27,320 nt of DNA from Longimicrobiales bacterium (lineage in GTDB: Bacteria; Gemmatimonadota; Gemmatimonadetes; Longimicrobiales; Gaopeijiaceae): NCBI GenBank assembly GCA_038259715.1, contig JBBSOM010000001.1, positions 1 through 27,320 of the forward strand. Direction: 5' to 3'. Both the position numbers and the translations under genes were made by a program. Below the pieces are notes generated by a model. That model had not been told where the DNA came from. It did no database searches and saw nothing but the letters and a program-made list of their open reading frames with translations. Below are positions 1-9,896 of the stretch, piece after piece. How positions within the stretch are numbered: position 1 is the stretch's first letter; the number at the start of each line of letters is the position of its first letter.

Positions 1-35
1 GCATGGCGTGGTTGCACGGGGAGGCGGAAGCGTGA
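1..35 (+). CDS. 3' end of an upstream CDS (partial, ...MAWLHGEAEA*), product not identifiable
   Basis: The frame read from position 3 (ATG GCG TGG TTG CAC GGG GAG GCG GAA GCG TGA) ends at TGA 33-35. This overlaps the GTG start of ilvE (GTGA), the same coupling seen in the rest of the operon. Confidence 0.5.
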   Translation, partial: MAWLHGEAEA

Positions 36-982
36 GCACTCCGGACTTCCGCACCTCGTGGATCTGGAAGGACGGGGACTTCCTCGCGTGGGAGGACGCC
101 AACATCCACGTCATGAGCCACGTGGTGCACTATGGGTCCTCTGTCTTCGAGGGGGTCCGCTGCTACCCTACACCCCAGGGGCCGGCGCTCTTCCGGCTAG
201 GGGATCACCTGCGGCGTCTGAAGGAGTCGGCCCGAGTCTACCAGATGCCGATGGCCTTTGACGGCGGGGACCTGGCCGAAGCGAGCCGTGAGCTCTTCCG
301 GCGCAACGACCTGGACGAAGGCTACCTCCGTCCTCTGGTGATCCGCGGAATGGGTGCGCTCGGAGTCAATCCGGCGGCCAGCCCCGTGGAGACGTACCTG
401 ATGTGCTGGTCCTGGGGTCGGTATCTGGGCGCGAGCGCCCTGGACGAGGGCGTGGACGCATGTGTGTCGACCTGGTTCCGGCCGGCGCCCAACACCTTTC
501 CGGCGCTGGCCAAGGCGGGGGGGAACTACCTCAACAGCCAGTTGATGAAGATGGAAGCCGTCAGGAACGGGTATGCCGAGGGCATCGCGGTGGGGCCGAG
601 CGGGCTCGTGAGTGAGGGCAGCGCGCAGAACATCTTCCTCGTGAAGGACGGCGCGGTGGCGACGCCCGCGCTGGACGGGACCATGCTCGGCGGCATCACC
701 CGGGACACGGTGTTGAAGCTTTGCCGGGATCTCGGCATTGCGGCCGTGGAGACCCAGGTCCCCAGGGAGTCGCTCTACGCCGCGGACGAGCTGTTCTTCA
801 CCGGGACCGCCGCGGAACTCACGCCGGTGCGCAGCGTCGACCGGACTCCCGTGGGCGAAGGGGTGGGGCCCATCACGAGAACGCTTCAGACCGCCTACAT
901 GGACCTGGTGCGCGGCGCCCGTCCCGATCCTCGCGGATGGCGGGACCTCATCGGACAGCCGGCGCGGGTGGAGGTCGCATGA
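32..982 (+). CDS. ilvE: Branched-chain amino acid aminotransferase (PLP fold type IV), 316 aa
   Basis: Motifs HYGSSVFEGVRCY, AKAGGNY (PLP lysine), EGSAQNIF, GITR and GTAAE. GTG at 32 follows a GGAGG RBS; the ORF track starts at 8. Confidence 0.95.
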   Translation: MSTPDFRTSWIWKDGDFLAWEDANIHVMSHVVHYGSSVFEGVRCYPTPQGPALFRLGDHLRRLKESARVYQMPMAFDGGDLAEASRELFRRNDLDEGYLRPLVIRGMGALGVNPAASPVETYLMCWSWGRYLGASALDEGVDACVSTWFRPAPNTFPALAKAGGNYLNSQLMKMEAVRNGYAEGIAVGPSGLVSEGSAQNIFLVKDGAVATPALDGTMLGGITRDTVLKLCRDLGIAAVETQVPRESLYAADELFFTGTAAELTPVRSVDRTPVGEGVGPITRTLQTAYMDLVRGARPDPRGWRDLIGQPARVEVA

Positions 983-2685
983 GCAGCACCGGTGGGGGAA
1001 ACGGCTCTTCCGATCCAGGTGCCCGGAACAGCGCGAAGATGCTCCTGGGACGTGACCGGGCTCCGGCCCGCGCGATGCTCAGAGCGGTCGGTCTCGGGGA
1101 CGACGACTTCGGGCGGCCGCTGGTGGCGGTCGCCAACACGTGGACGGACACCATGCCATGCAACGCGGGGTTGCGGGACGTAGCGGCCTGGGTGCGCCAG
1201 GGCGTACGGGACGCCGGCGGCGTCTCGCTCGAGTTCAACACGATCGCGGTCTCGGACGGCATCACCATGGGTACGCCGGGGATGCGAGCTTCGCTGATAA
1301 GCCGCGAAGTGATCGCCGACTCCATCGAGGTGGTGGGGCGGGGATACTCGTTCGACGCCATCGTTGCGCTGTCCGGATGCGACAAGACCATTCCGGGGTC
1401 GGTGATGGCGCTCGCGCGCCTCGATGTACCGTCCGTGATGCTCTATGGAGGCTCGATCCAACCGGGACGCTACAAGGGCCGTGACCTCACGGTCCAGGAC
1501 GTCTTCGAGGCGGTGGGCGCGTGCGCGGCGGGCCGTATCACCGAAGACGAGCTCGGCCAGATCGAGCGGGCCGCTTGCCCGGGCGCCGGCGCCTGCGGGG
1601 GCCAGTTCACGGCCAATACCATGGCGACCGTGTTCGAGGCCATGGGCATCTCGCCCCTGGGGAGCAACACGGTACCGGCCACGAACGCGGCCAAGGAGGC
1701 GGTGGCCCGCGCGTGTGGCGCCCTGGCGGTGCGGTTGGCGCGCCAGGACCTCCGTCCCGCGGCGATCCTGACGAGGGAGAGCTTCGAGAACGGCATCGCC
1801 ATGGCCGTGACTACGGGGGGCTCCACCAACGCGGTGCTCCACCTGCTGGCCCTGGCCAAGGAGGTGGGTGTCGAACTGGACATCGACGCGTTCGAGACCG
1901 TCAGCGCACGCACGCCCGTCTTGGCCGATCTGAAGCCGGGCGGGCGTTACGTGGCCACGGACCTGCACGAGGCGGGCGGCGTGGGCGTGATCGTGCGGCG
2001 TCTGTTGGATGCGGGCCTGATGCACGGAGACGCCATGACGGTGACCGGCCGCACGTTGGCCGAAGAGGCCGCCGCGGTCGAGAAGACCAGCGGTCAGCCG
2101 GTGGTGCGCCCGCTGACCGATCCGCTCAAGGCGCGCGGAGGCCTGATGATCCTCAAGGGCAACCTGGCGCCGGACGGATGTGTGTTGAAGACCGTGGGGC
2201 ACGAGCGCGCCCGGCACGAGGGACCGGCACGGGTTTTCGAGTGTGAGGAAGACGCGTTCGCGGCCGTGCAGGGCGGCAAGATCGAGGCGGGCGACGTGAT
2301 GGTCATCCGTGGCGAGGGGCCGCGGGGAGGGCCCGGCATGCGGGAGATGCTGGCCGTCACCGCCGCCGTGGTGGGCGCCGGGTTGGGTGAGTCTTGCGCA
2401 TTGCTCACAGACGGTCGCTTTTCAGGAGCCACGCACGGCCTCATGGCCGGGCACGTGGCTCCCGAGGCGGTCGACGGCGGACCGATCGGCGCGGTGCGCG
2501 ACGGAGACACAATCACCTTCGATCTGGCGGCGGGAACCCTGAGCGTGGACCTTGACGCGGAGGAGATCCGCCGGCGAATCGACGCAGCGCGCTTCGAGCC
2601 GCGGCGGGTGCCCCCCGGCGTGATGGCCAAGTATCAACGCCTGGTCTCCTCCGCGTCCACCGGAGCCACCACGGGGGGGGTATGA
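979..2685 (+). CDS. ilvD: Dihydroxy-acid dehydratase, 568 aa, likely [2Fe-2S] type
   Basis: Motifs [59 protein letters not shown] and GHVAPEA. The PCN cysteine marks the [2Fe-2S] subgroup. ATG 979 overlaps the ilvE stop (ATGA). Confidence 0.96.
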   Translation: MSSTGGGNGSSDPGARNSAKMLLGRDRAPARAMLRAVGLGDDDFGRPLVAVANTWTDTMPCNAGLRDVAAWVRQGVRDAGGVSLEFNTIAVSDGITMGTPGMRASLISREVIADSIEVVGRGYSFDAIVALSGCDKTIPGSVMALARLDVPSVMLYGGSIQPGRYKGRDLTVQDVFEAVGACAAGRITEDELGQIERAACPGAGACGGQFTANTMATVFEAMGISPLGSNTVPATNAAKEAVARACGALAVRLARQDLRPAAILTRESFENGIAMAVTTGGSTNAVLHLLALAKEVGVELDIDAFETVSARTPVLADLKPGGRYVATDLHEAGGVGVIVRRLLDAGLMHGDAMTVTGRTLAEEAAAVEKTSGQPVVRPLTDPLKARGGLMILKGNLAPDGCVLKTVGHERARHEGPARVFECEEDAFAAVQGGKIEAGDVMVIRGEGPRGGPGMREMLAVTAAVVGAGLGESCALLTDGRFSGATHGLMAGHVAPEAVDGGPIGAVRDGDTITFDLAAGTLSVDLDAEEIRRRIDAARFEPRRVPPGVMAKYQRLVSSASTGATTGGV

Positions 2686-4088
2686 CGCCGCGCACGCTGC
2701 TCGAGAAGGTCTGGGATGCCCACGTGGTCCATAGCGAGCCGGGCGAGCCGGACCTGTTGTACGTGGATCTGCATCTCCTCCACGAAGTGACTTCACCCCA
2801 GGCGTTCGAAGGTCTGCGGCTGGCGGGGCGACGCGTACGCCGTCCCGAACTCTGCGTCGCCACGGTGGACCACAACATCCCCACCACCGATCGCTCGCTC
2901 CCCGTGCTCGATTCCGTCGCGCGGCGCCAGATGGAGGTGCTCCGGCAGAACGTCGCCGAGGCGGGCATCCGGCTTTTCGACGTGGACGACGAGCGTCAAG
3001 GCATCGTGCATGTGATCGGACCGGAGCTGGGCCTGACGCATCCGGGCATGGTCATCGTGTGCGGCGACAGCCACACGTCCACCCACGGTGCCTTCGGGTC
3101 GCTCGCGTTCGGGATCGGCACGTCGGAGGTAGAGCACGTGCTCGCCACCCAGTGCATTCCGCGGCGCCGTCCCCGCTCCATGGAGATCCGTGTGGACGGC
3201 ACGCTTCCGGTGGGCGTCACGTCCAAGGATCTGATCCTGGCGATCATCGCGCAGATCGGCGTCGCGGGGGCCGCGGGGCATGTCGTCGAGTACACGGGCG
3301 AGGCCATCCGTGCCCTCTCGATGGAGGGGCGCATGACCGTCTGCAACATGTCGATCGAGGCGGGCGCCCGAGCGGGCATGATCGCTCCGGACGACACCAC
3401 CTTCGACTATCTGCGCGGACGGGAACTGGCACCCGCCGTTGACGAGTACGAGCGCCGGGTGACGGCATGGCGTGGACTGGCCACCGACCCCGGGGCGACG
3501 TACGACGCGAGCGTCGTCGTGGACGCCGGCCGGCTGGAGCCGCAGGTGAGCTGGGGGACCAACCCGGGGATGGTTCTGCCCATCTCGGGGCGCATCCCCC
3601 ATCCCGCCGATGCACCGGACGCAGCCGGTCGCGAGGCGACGGAACGCGCTCTGGCGTATATGGACCTGCGTCCGGGTACGCCCGTGGAAGCCATCGAGCT
3701 CGACCGGGTCTTCATCGGCTCGTGCACGAACGCGCGCATCGAAGACCTGCGCGAAGCGGCGGCGCTCGTACGGGGGCGCCGAGTGCACGCAAGCGTGCAC
3801 GCGATGGTGGTGCCTGGCTCGGGGCGGGTGAAGCGCCAGGCCGAGGCCGAGGGGTTGGACCGCATCTTCCGGGAAGCCGGCTTCGAGTGGCGGGAGGCGG
3901 GTTGCTCGATGTGCCTGGGCATGAACCCCGACATCCTGGCGCCCGGGCAGCGGTGCGCCTCCACGTCCAACCGGAACTTCGAGGGTCGGCAGGGCCGGGG
4001 AGGGCGTACCCATCTGGTGAGTCCCGCCGTGGCCGCCGCGGCCGCGGTCCACGGGCATTTCGTCGACCCACGTACGATGAGGAACTGA
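2682..4088 (+). CDS. leuC: 3-isopropylmalate dehydratase large subunit, 468 aa
   Basis: Motifs [33 protein letters not shown] and GCSMCLGMN (Fe-S cysteines), [16 protein letters not shown] overlap with ilvD. Confidence 0.97.
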   Translation: MTPRTLLEKVWDAHVVHSEPGEPDLLYVDLHLLHEVTSPQAFEGLRLAGRRVRRPELCVATVDHNIPTTDRSLPVLDSVARRQMEVLRQNVAEAGIRLFDVDDERQGIVHVIGPELGLTHPGMVIVCGDSHTSTHGAFGSLAFGIGTSEVEHVLATQCIPRRRPRSMEIRVDGTLPVGVTSKDLILAIIAQIGVAGAAGHVVEYTGEAIRALSMEGRMTVCNMSIEAGARAGMIAPDDTTFDYLRGRELAPAVDEYERRVTAWRGLATDPGATYDASVVVDAGRLEPQVSWGTNPGMVLPISGRIPHPADAPDAAGREATERALAYMDLRPGTPVEAIELDRVFIGSCTNARIEDLREAAALVRGRRVHASVHAMVVPGSGRVKRQAEAEGLDRIFREAGFEWREAGCSMCLGMNPDILAPGQRCASTSNRNFEGRQGRGGRTHLVSPAVAAAAAVHGHFVDPRTMRN

Positions 4089-4687
4089 TGCAGCCCTTCA
4101 CGAACCACACCGGGATCGTGGTGCCGCTCGACCGGGCGGACGTCGACACCGATCAGATCATCCCCAAGCAGTTCCTCAAGCGCGTCGAGCGCACCGGCTA
4201 CGGGGACTTCCTGTTCCACGATTGGCGGAGGACGGCGAGCGATGAAGTCCTTACGGACTTCGTGCTCAATCAGAGCCGGTACCAGGGTGCGTCCATCCTG
4301 GTCGCGCGTCGTAACTTCGGGTGCGGATCGTCGCGCGAACACGCGGCGTGGGCGCTGAAGGACTTCGGATTCCGCGTGGTGGTGGCGCCCAGCTTCGCGG
4401 ACATCTTCCGTGAGAACGCGGACCAGAACGGGCTGGTGGCGCTCACGCTCGAGGAGAGCGAGGTCGACGCGCTGCTGGCGCGGGCGAGGGACCGGGCGCC
4501 TTACCGCCTCACCGTCGATCTGGAGCGCAGGTCCGTGAGCGACGGAAGCGGCTTTCTGGCCGCGTTTCCCATGGACGACTTCCGGCGCACTTGCCTCCTG
4601 CAGGGGCTGGACCGCATCGGCCTGACGCTTCGCCACGAGTCGGAGATCGCGGCCTATGAGGGGAGGGTGGCACGGAACGAGGCTTGA
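4088..4687 (+). CDS. leuD: 3-isopropylmalate dehydratase small subunit, 199 aa
   Basis: Motifs DVDTDQIIPKQFLK, NFGCGSSREHA and APSFADIF. TGATG overlap with the leuC stop; the ORF track shows this protein inside a longer 3467..4687 shadow ORF. Confidence 0.96.
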   Translation: MQPFTNHTGIVVPLDRADVDTDQIIPKQFLKRVERTGYGDFLFHDWRRTASDEVLTDFVLNQSRYQGASILVARRNFGCGSSREHAAWALKDFGFRVVVAPSFADIFRENADQNGLVALTLEESEVDALLARARDRAPYRLTVDLERRSVSDGSGFLAAFPMDDFRRTCLLQGLDRIGLTLRHESEIAAYEGRVARNEA

Positions 4688-4740
4688 CCGCGCTATCCTT
4701 TGAACCCATTCGCGATACCAACCCCGAGTCGGAGCACGAC

Positions 4741-5568
4741 GTGAGCGCAGCAGGGAACGACGATCGTTACGATGTGGCCATCCTCGGCGGCGGGAACCTG
4801 GGCACGGCTCTGGCGCGCGGCTGGGTCGCGGCAGGGAAGGTCGAGGCTCCCCGTGTGGCTGTGACGCGTCGGCATCCGTCGAAGCTCGAAGACCTCAGCG
4901 AGGCGGGCTACGCCGTCGGCTCGGACAACGTGACGGCGGTCCAGGGCGCCAGCCTGGTGCTGCTCGCCGTGCAGCCGAGGCAACTCGGCGCGCTCATGGC
5001 CGAAATCGCACCGCACCTGGACGCGGCGCACCACCGGGTCGTTTCTGTCGTCTCCGGCGCATCGATCGAGGCCATCCGTGCCGGCCTCGTCAGCGGGGTG
5101 CCCGTGGTGCGGGCGATGCCGAACACAGCCGTGCTCATCGGCGAGTCTATGACGTGTCTGGCCGCAGACCCCGCAGACGCTGAAGCGCTCGCGCAGGCCG
5201 TCGAACTCTTCGATCTGGTCGGAAAAACACTTGTGATCGCCGAAGAAATGATGATTCCCGCCACCGCCCTGTGCGCGTGCGGCGTCGCCTTCTTCCTGCG
5301 TACCGTCCGGGCCGCGTCCCAGGGCGGGATCGAGATCGGGTTCCACCCCGAGGAGGCGCTCCTCCTGGCCGCGCAGACCGCGAAAGGTGCGGCGGCGCTC
5401 GCCATGCGCGAGGGCAGTCATCCGGAGGGCGAAATCGACCGTGTGACCACGCCGCGCGGATGCACGATCACCGGCCTGAACGAAATGGAGCACCAGGGCC
5501 TCAGTTCCGCGATGATCAAGGGTATCGTCGCGTCCGCGCGGGCCGCCGCAGGCCTCTATTCGGGGTGA
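4741..5568 (+). CDS. proC: Pyrroline-5-carboxylate reductase, ~275 aa
   Basis: Rossmann motif ILGGGNLG, then LAVQP, VVRAMPNTA and VTTPRGCTITGL. GTG 4741 follows GGAG with a 6-nt spacer. An alternative TTG at 4684 overlaps the leuD stop. Confidence 0.93.
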   Translation: MSAAGNDDRYDVAILGGGNLGTALARGWVAAGKVEAPRVAVTRRHPSKLEDLSEAGYAVGSDNVTAVQGASLVLLAVQPRQLGALMAEIAPHLDAAHHRVVSVVSGASIEAIRAGLVSGVPVVRAMPNTAVLIGESMTCLAADPADAEALAQAVELFDLVGKTLVIAEEMMIPATALCACGVAFFLRTVRAASQGGIEIGFHPEEALLLAAQTAKGAAALAMREGSHPEGEIDRVTTPRGCTITGLNEMEHQGLSSAMIKGIVASARAAAGLYSG

Positions 5569-5579
5569 TGGAACGAGGG

Positions 5580-6143
5580 CTACGGCCAGAGCCAGCCGAA
5601 CGCGCCGGCCGTCAGTAGCCCATAGATCAGCGCGTCGAACAGGTTCTTGAGCGTGGTGCTCCACCGCTGCTTCCACCAGATCGAGCGCTGGAGCAGCGCC
5701 AGGCCGTATCCGGAGAACGCGGTCGTTCCGGCGAAGCGGAAGACCGCCAGGTAGTCGGCGTCTGCGGGGACCGCGTGGCCGGTCAGGTACGCCGCGAAGA
5801 CGCTCACGAGGAGGCAGTACAAGAACCACTGCGTCATCTGCGCGCCCATCGCGAAGGGGTCTCCCGTGGGGAAGACGGTCAGGACTCCGACCGGGCCCTT
5901 CTTCGCCTTTTCGCGGTACGCGTCGGAGCGTAGCACCTTGGAGTCGCCGCCCGCGTTCGGAAACATGTAATCGCCCGCGCCGATGCCGAGCGAGCGCAGC
6001 GCGTCCAGGGCCTTGTCCTCCTCGGGGAGCTTGGCGAAGTCGTTCCGGTGCCAGGGCATGGCCATGTGGATGATGGAACTCGCGACGAACACGAAGCCCG
6101 TCGCGAGCAGAATGGGGAGCCAGAGCGAGGCAAGACCGACCAT
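5580..6143 (-). CDS. Membrane protein of unknown function, 187 aa, ~4 hydrophobic segments
   Basis: Sequence begins LWLPILLATGFVFVASSIIHM and ends LIYGLLTAGAFGWLWP. AGGAG RBS lies 6 nt before ATG 6143. Confidence 0.8.
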   Translation of the reverse strand: MVGLASLWLPILLATGFVFVASSIIHMAMPWHRNDFAKLPEEDKALDALRSLGIGAGDYMFPNAGGDSKVLRSDAYREKAKKGPVGVLTVFPTGDPFAMGAQMTQWFLYCLLVSVFAAYLTGHAVPADADYLAVFRFAGTTAFSGYGLALLQRSIWWKQRWSTTLKNLFDALIYGLLTAGAFGWLWP

Positions 6144-6231
6144 GGGCATCTCCTGCGTGAACGGGGGGATAGCGGCTTGGCTCAACAGATGCGGCCGGCG
6201 CCGGGACCGCGCCAGCGTTTTCTCGTCTGGG

Positions 6232-7389
6232 CTACGCCCACACCTCCCCGAAGAGCCGCATCCAATTCGCTCCGAGCACCTTGGTGATCGTGCTCGATCC
6301 GTGTCCGCGCTTGGCCAGGAGGTCGGCGATCATCTCCATGCGCCGGGCGTCGTTGAGCTCCGGCACGAACGGAGCGGTGTCCTCGCGCGGCGCGCTGATG
6401 CCCATCGCCTTGCGCCGGTTCACCTCGGCTTCCATGCGCGTGTAGTACTCGGGCGTGTCGTTCACCGGGGTGATCGACTGGTCGCTCCCGATGCCGACGT
6501 GGTCCTCGCCGCACACCTGGAGTGCGTGGTCGAGGTGCTTCATCGCGTCCTCCGCGGTCGGCGGGCCCGACGCGTTCAGGTAGGGCATCAGGTAGATGCC
6601 CACCACGCCTCCCTTCTGGGCGCACGCGCGCAACTCTTCGTCGCGCTTGTTGCGCGGGTGCATGAAGACGGCCTGGCACCCGGTGTGCGTGATGGCCACG
6701 GGCTTGGCCGACGTCGTGATCCCCTCGGCCGTCGTGCGCTGTCCGCAGTGGGACAGGTCGACCATAACGCCGATCTCGTTCATGCGTGCGACCAGGTCCC
6801 GGCCGAACGTGGACAGCCCGGCGTTGCCCGGCTCGAGGCTCCCGTCGCCCACGCGGTTGCGCACGTTGTACGTGAGTTGGACGATGCGCAGCCCGAGCGT
6901 GTGGAAGGTGTCCATACGGTCGAGGTCGGCGCCGAGCGCGACGGTGTCCTGGAACCCGTAGATCAGACCCACCCGGCCGCCTTCCTTGGCACGGTCCAGG
7001 TCCGCGACCGTGCGGATGCGCGCGAAGACGTCGGGGTGCCGGTCGATCTCCCGCTCCCAGCGCGCCAGGTCGTCGACGGTTTGGCCGAACGGGTCGGGTA
7101 CGTCGCCGACGACGCCAATGGTCACGTTGACTCCGGTCATGCCGGAGCGACGGGCGGCGTCGAGCGCCTTGGCGCCAAGGCCGCCCCCCTGGTCCTCAGG
7201 GATGTTGAACGCGCCCGGGCTGGCCAGGCAGTCGATGACCATGGCTTCGGAGTAGCCGGGCCAGAGACGCGACGGGGTACGTGCGCGCGCCGGCGCGGGC
7301 GTGATTCCGGTCGAGGCCGCGCCAAGGGTGGCCGGGAGGGCGGCCGCGACACCCGCGAGCTTCACGAAGGTGCGGCGATCGACGCTCAT
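6232..7389 (-). CDS. Membrane (renal-type) dipeptidase, peptidase M19 family, with Tat signal, 385 aa
   Basis: N-terminus MSVDRRTFVK is a twin-arginine motif. Family motifs: QLTYN, GLSTFGRDLVARMNEIGVMVDLSH, ITHTGC, HPRNK, HVGIGSD, KVLGANW. ATG 7389 overlaps the stop of the upstream hydrolase. Confidence 0.88.
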   Translation of the reverse strand: MSVDRRTFVKLAGVAAALPATLGAASTGITPAPARARTPSRLWPGYSEAMVIDCLASPGAFNIPEDQGGGLGAKALDAARRSGMTGVNVTIGVVGDVPDPFGQTVDDLARWEREIDRHPDVFARIRTVADLDRAKEGGRVGLIYGFQDTVALGADLDRMDTFHTLGLRIVQLTYNVRNRVGDGSLEPGNAGLSTFGRDLVARMNEIGVMVDLSHCGQRTTAEGITTSAKPVAITHTGCQAVFMHPRNKRDEELRACAQKGGVVGIYLMPYLNASGPPTAEDAMKHLDHALQVCGEDHVGIGSDQSITPVNDTPEYYTRMEAEVNRRKAMGISAPREDTAPFVPELNDARRMEMIADLLAKRGHGSSTITKVLGANWMRLFGEVWA

Positions 7390-8618
7390 CGCTTCTCCGG
7401 CCGGGTCCCGGTCGCACTCCGGAAGAGCGGGAGAATCCGGTTGACCACGGTGGTGCGGGCGGCGTTCAGGATCGCGCGGGCGTCCGGATCGGCGGCGGTG
7501 GTGCCCACGGTGTTGGAAACACCCACCACGCCGACGCCGGCTTGCGGATCGAGCAAGAAGAAGGACAGAAAACCGGCCTGCGTGCCGGTGTGGCCCACCA
7601 GATGGTGCGTGCCGTCGTCGTACAGGAAGAAGGAGAGCCCCATACTCTCCTTGCCGATATCGGAGTCCCCGATCGGGACGACGGTGTGCCACATCTCCTC
7701 GAGGCTCGAACGCTTCAGTACGGCCTTCGCATCCGTGCCGCCGTCCACCGGCGTGCCCAGCAGGAACGCGAACCAGCGGGCCATGTCGCCGAGCGGAGCG
7801 TTCAGGCCTCCGTTCGCCACCGTGATCCCGGTGTTGAAATCGAGGCCACCGGCGCGCAGGGAGCCCTTCGTCAGGTAGTAGTGATTGGAGCGGTAGGGGA
7901 GTAGGTGGTACGGGGTCATGTCGAAATAGGCGCGCCGCATCCCCAGTGGCCGGAAGATGTTCTTGTCGACGTAGGCCTCGAAGACGTCGCCGGTCACCTT
8001 CTCGATCACGCGCCCGAGGAAGATGACGCCCGGGTTGGAGTAGCTGTACTTCGATCCGGGGGGGAAGAGGATCTGCGTGTACGGCATCATGGCGACGAGC
8101 TGGCTCCACTCGGTCGGCTCGAACGGCTCCCAATCCGCGCCGTCGCTCCAGGGCCATGTACCGTCGCGGAAGCCGGCCGAATGCGACATGAGTTGCCGGA
8201 TCGTGATGTCGTCCATCGACCCGTACGGATTGTGCACGGCACGAAGCTCGGGGACGTACTTCACGATCGGATCGTCGAGCGAGATCAGGCCGCGGTCGCG
8301 GAGCTGCATGAGAGACACGGCCGTGAACGTCTTCGTGATCGACCCCCAGTGGAAGATCGTCTGCTCGTCCACCGGACGTGAGCTCGCCAGGTCCGCCATG
8401 CCGCGTGGGTTGAGCTTCACGATCTGGTCGCCGCGCAGGAACGCCATGGTGCCGCCGACGATGCCCGCCTGGCTGGATGCCGCGTCCCAGGCGTGGACCA
8501 TGTCCGACCACGCGGGGCCGAAGGCGTCGGGGAGTTGCTGGGCCGCGCAGGGCGTGGGCGGGAGCGCCAGCACGAACGGCGGGAGAAGCAGGACCAAGGC
8601 CGTCGGCATGCGTCGCAT
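7386..8618 (-). CDS. Secreted serine hydrolase of the beta-lactamase class C / PBP family, 410 aa
   Basis: SxxK (GSITK), YxN (YSYSN) and HTG (GHTGTQ) motifs. Signal peptide MRRMPTALVLLL...CAA|QQ. GGAGA RBS lies 7 nt before ATG 8618. Confidence 0.9.
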   Translation of the reverse strand: MRRMPTALVLLLPPFVLALPPTPCAAQQLPDAFGPAWSDMVHAWDAASSQAGIVGGTMAFLRGDQIVKLNPRGMADLASSRPVDEQTIFHWGSITKTFTAVSLMQLRDRGLISLDDPIVKYVPELRAVHNPYGSMDDITIRQLMSHSAGFRDGTWPWSDGADWEPFEPTEWSQLVAMMPYTQILFPPGSKYSYSNPGVIFLGRVIEKVTGDVFEAYVDKNIFRPLGMRRAYFDMTPYHLLPYRSNHYYLTKGSLRAGGLDFNTGITVANGGLNAPLGDMARWFAFLLGTPVDGGTDAKAVLKRSSLEEMWHTVVPIGDSDIGKESMGLSFFLYDDGTHHLVGHTGTQAGFLSFFLLDPQAGVGVVGVSNTVGTTAADPDARAILNAARTTVVNRILPLFRSATGTRPEKR

Positions 8619-8778
8619 CGGAGATTCTCCACGTCGTCTGGATGGGCGAGGCAATGTACGGCCCGGTCCAGTCTCCACGCACCCGTTCGCACGCAGGTCC
8701 GCGCGCACCACGCGCTTGCCCACCCCTCCCCGGGATCGCGATTCTTCCGGCCCGACCGCTGAAAGGAGAAGGGGGCAT

Positions 8779-9303
8779 ATGCGCAGACCCGACCGCGACG
8801 AGCACGACGCATACTACAGCCGCTATATCGATCTCGTCCCCGACGGGGACGTCATCGACACGCTTCAAGCCCAGATGCAGGTGACCCGAGCGCTGCTCGC
8901 GACGGTGCAGCCCGATCAGGAGGAGTACCGGTACGCACCGGGAAAATGGTCGGTGCGCGAGGTCGTCGGTCATCTGATCGACACCGAGCGGGTCTTCGGC
9001 TTTCGTTGTGTCTGGGTGGCGCGGGGCGCGGCCGGCGAGCAACCGGGCATGGAGCAGGATGACTGGGCCGCTGCATCGAACGCGGGGTCGCGCGCCCTCG
9101 GCGACCTGCTGGCCGAATGGGCCGGCGTGCGTCGCGACCACGCATCGCTCTTCCGTGGCTTCGACGACGACGCATGGGCCCGCGTCGGCTCGGCGAGCGG
9201 CCGTCCGTTCAGTGCGCGCACGTTCCCGTGGGTCATCGCCGGACACGAACTCCACCATCGGGCCCTCCTCGAGCGCGACTACCAGGTGGGGCCGAGGCGA
9301 TGA
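8779..9303 (+). CDS. DinB/YfiT family protein, 174 aa
   Basis: Motifs YRYAPGKWSVREVVGHLIDTERVF and IAGHELHH (His metal triad). Strong AAGGAG RBS upstream. Confidence 0.88.
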   Translation: MRRPDRDEHDAYYSRYIDLVPDGDVIDTLQAQMQVTRALLATVQPDQEEYRYAPGKWSVREVVGHLIDTERVFGFRCVWVARGAAGEQPGMEQDDWAAASNAGSRALGDLLAEWAGVRRDHASLFRGFDDDAWARVGSASGRPFSARTFPWVIAGHELHHRALLERDYQVGPRR

Positions 9304-9896
9304 GCGAGACGACGCCGACGTCGCCGGCCGACGACCGGGCGGCGCTCCGTCGCCGGGACCGAGGTAAGGACGACGCGTGGATCCGCGCGTTCCTGCACGC
9401 GGCGCCGGTGGGGCATATGGCCACGGTCCGGGCCGATGGGCAGCCCTTCCTGAACTCGAACCTCTTCGTGTTCGACGAAGCGCGGCACTGCGTCTACCTG
9501 CACACGCACCGTACGGGGAGGACGCGGGACAACGTGGCTGCCGATGACCGGGTGGCCTTCTCCGTGACCCTGATGGGTCGGCTGCTGCCCGCCCCCGAGG
9601 CACTCGAATTCAGCGTGGAGTACGCGGGTGTCGTGCTCTTCGGAAAGGGCTCCATCGTCGAGGACACCGGCGAGTGTCGGCACGCGCTGCGCACCCTGCT
9701 GGAAAAGTACGCACCGCATCTGCGATACGGCGAGGACTACCGCGCCACCACGGACGAGGAACTCAAGCGCACGGCCGTCTACCGCATCGACATCGAGACG
9801 TGGAGTGGCAAGCAGAAGGAGGTTCCCGCGGACTTCCCAGGCGCATTCGATCTTCCGGCGCCGCCCGTGCCTTTCCCGGAGCGGACGCCGGCCTGA
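9300..9896 (+). CDS. NimA-like flavin-binding protein (pyridoxamine 5'-phosphate oxidase superfamily), 198 aa
   Basis: Segments DDAWIR, VYLHT, GRLLPAPEALEFSVEY and DEELKRTAVYRIDIETWSGK match my recollection of Deinococcus radiodurans NimA segment by segment. ATGA overlap with dinB. Confidence 0.82.
   Translation: MSETTPTSPADDRAALRRRDRGKDDAWIRAFLHAAPVGHMATVRADGQPFLNSNLFVFDEARHCVYLHTHRTGRTRDNVAADDRVAFSVTLMGRLLPAPEALEFSVEYAGVVLFGKGSIVEDTGECRHALRTLLEKYAPHLRYGEDYRATTDEELKRTAVYRIDIETWSGKQKEVPADFPGAFDLPAPPVPFPERTPA

Noticed and set aside
7386-8778. Idea that the orphan BlaI regulates the beta-lactamase-family hydrolase
   Set aside because: I found no TACGA-N6-TCGTA-like site in the 8619-8778 intergenic region, and the genes are about 16 kb apart.
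8771-8780. GGGGGCATAT 10-mer shared with the blaI upstream region (25025-25034)
   Set aside because: Here it is simply the RBS spacer running into the dinB ATG, and no TACGA..TCGTA palindrome accompanies it.
6232-9603. 1123-aa minus-strand ORF
   Set aside because: Only 6232-7389 is the M19 gene. The upstream part is an Arg/Pro-rich alternate frame over the serine hydrolase and antisense to dinB/nimA, typical of high-GC DNA.
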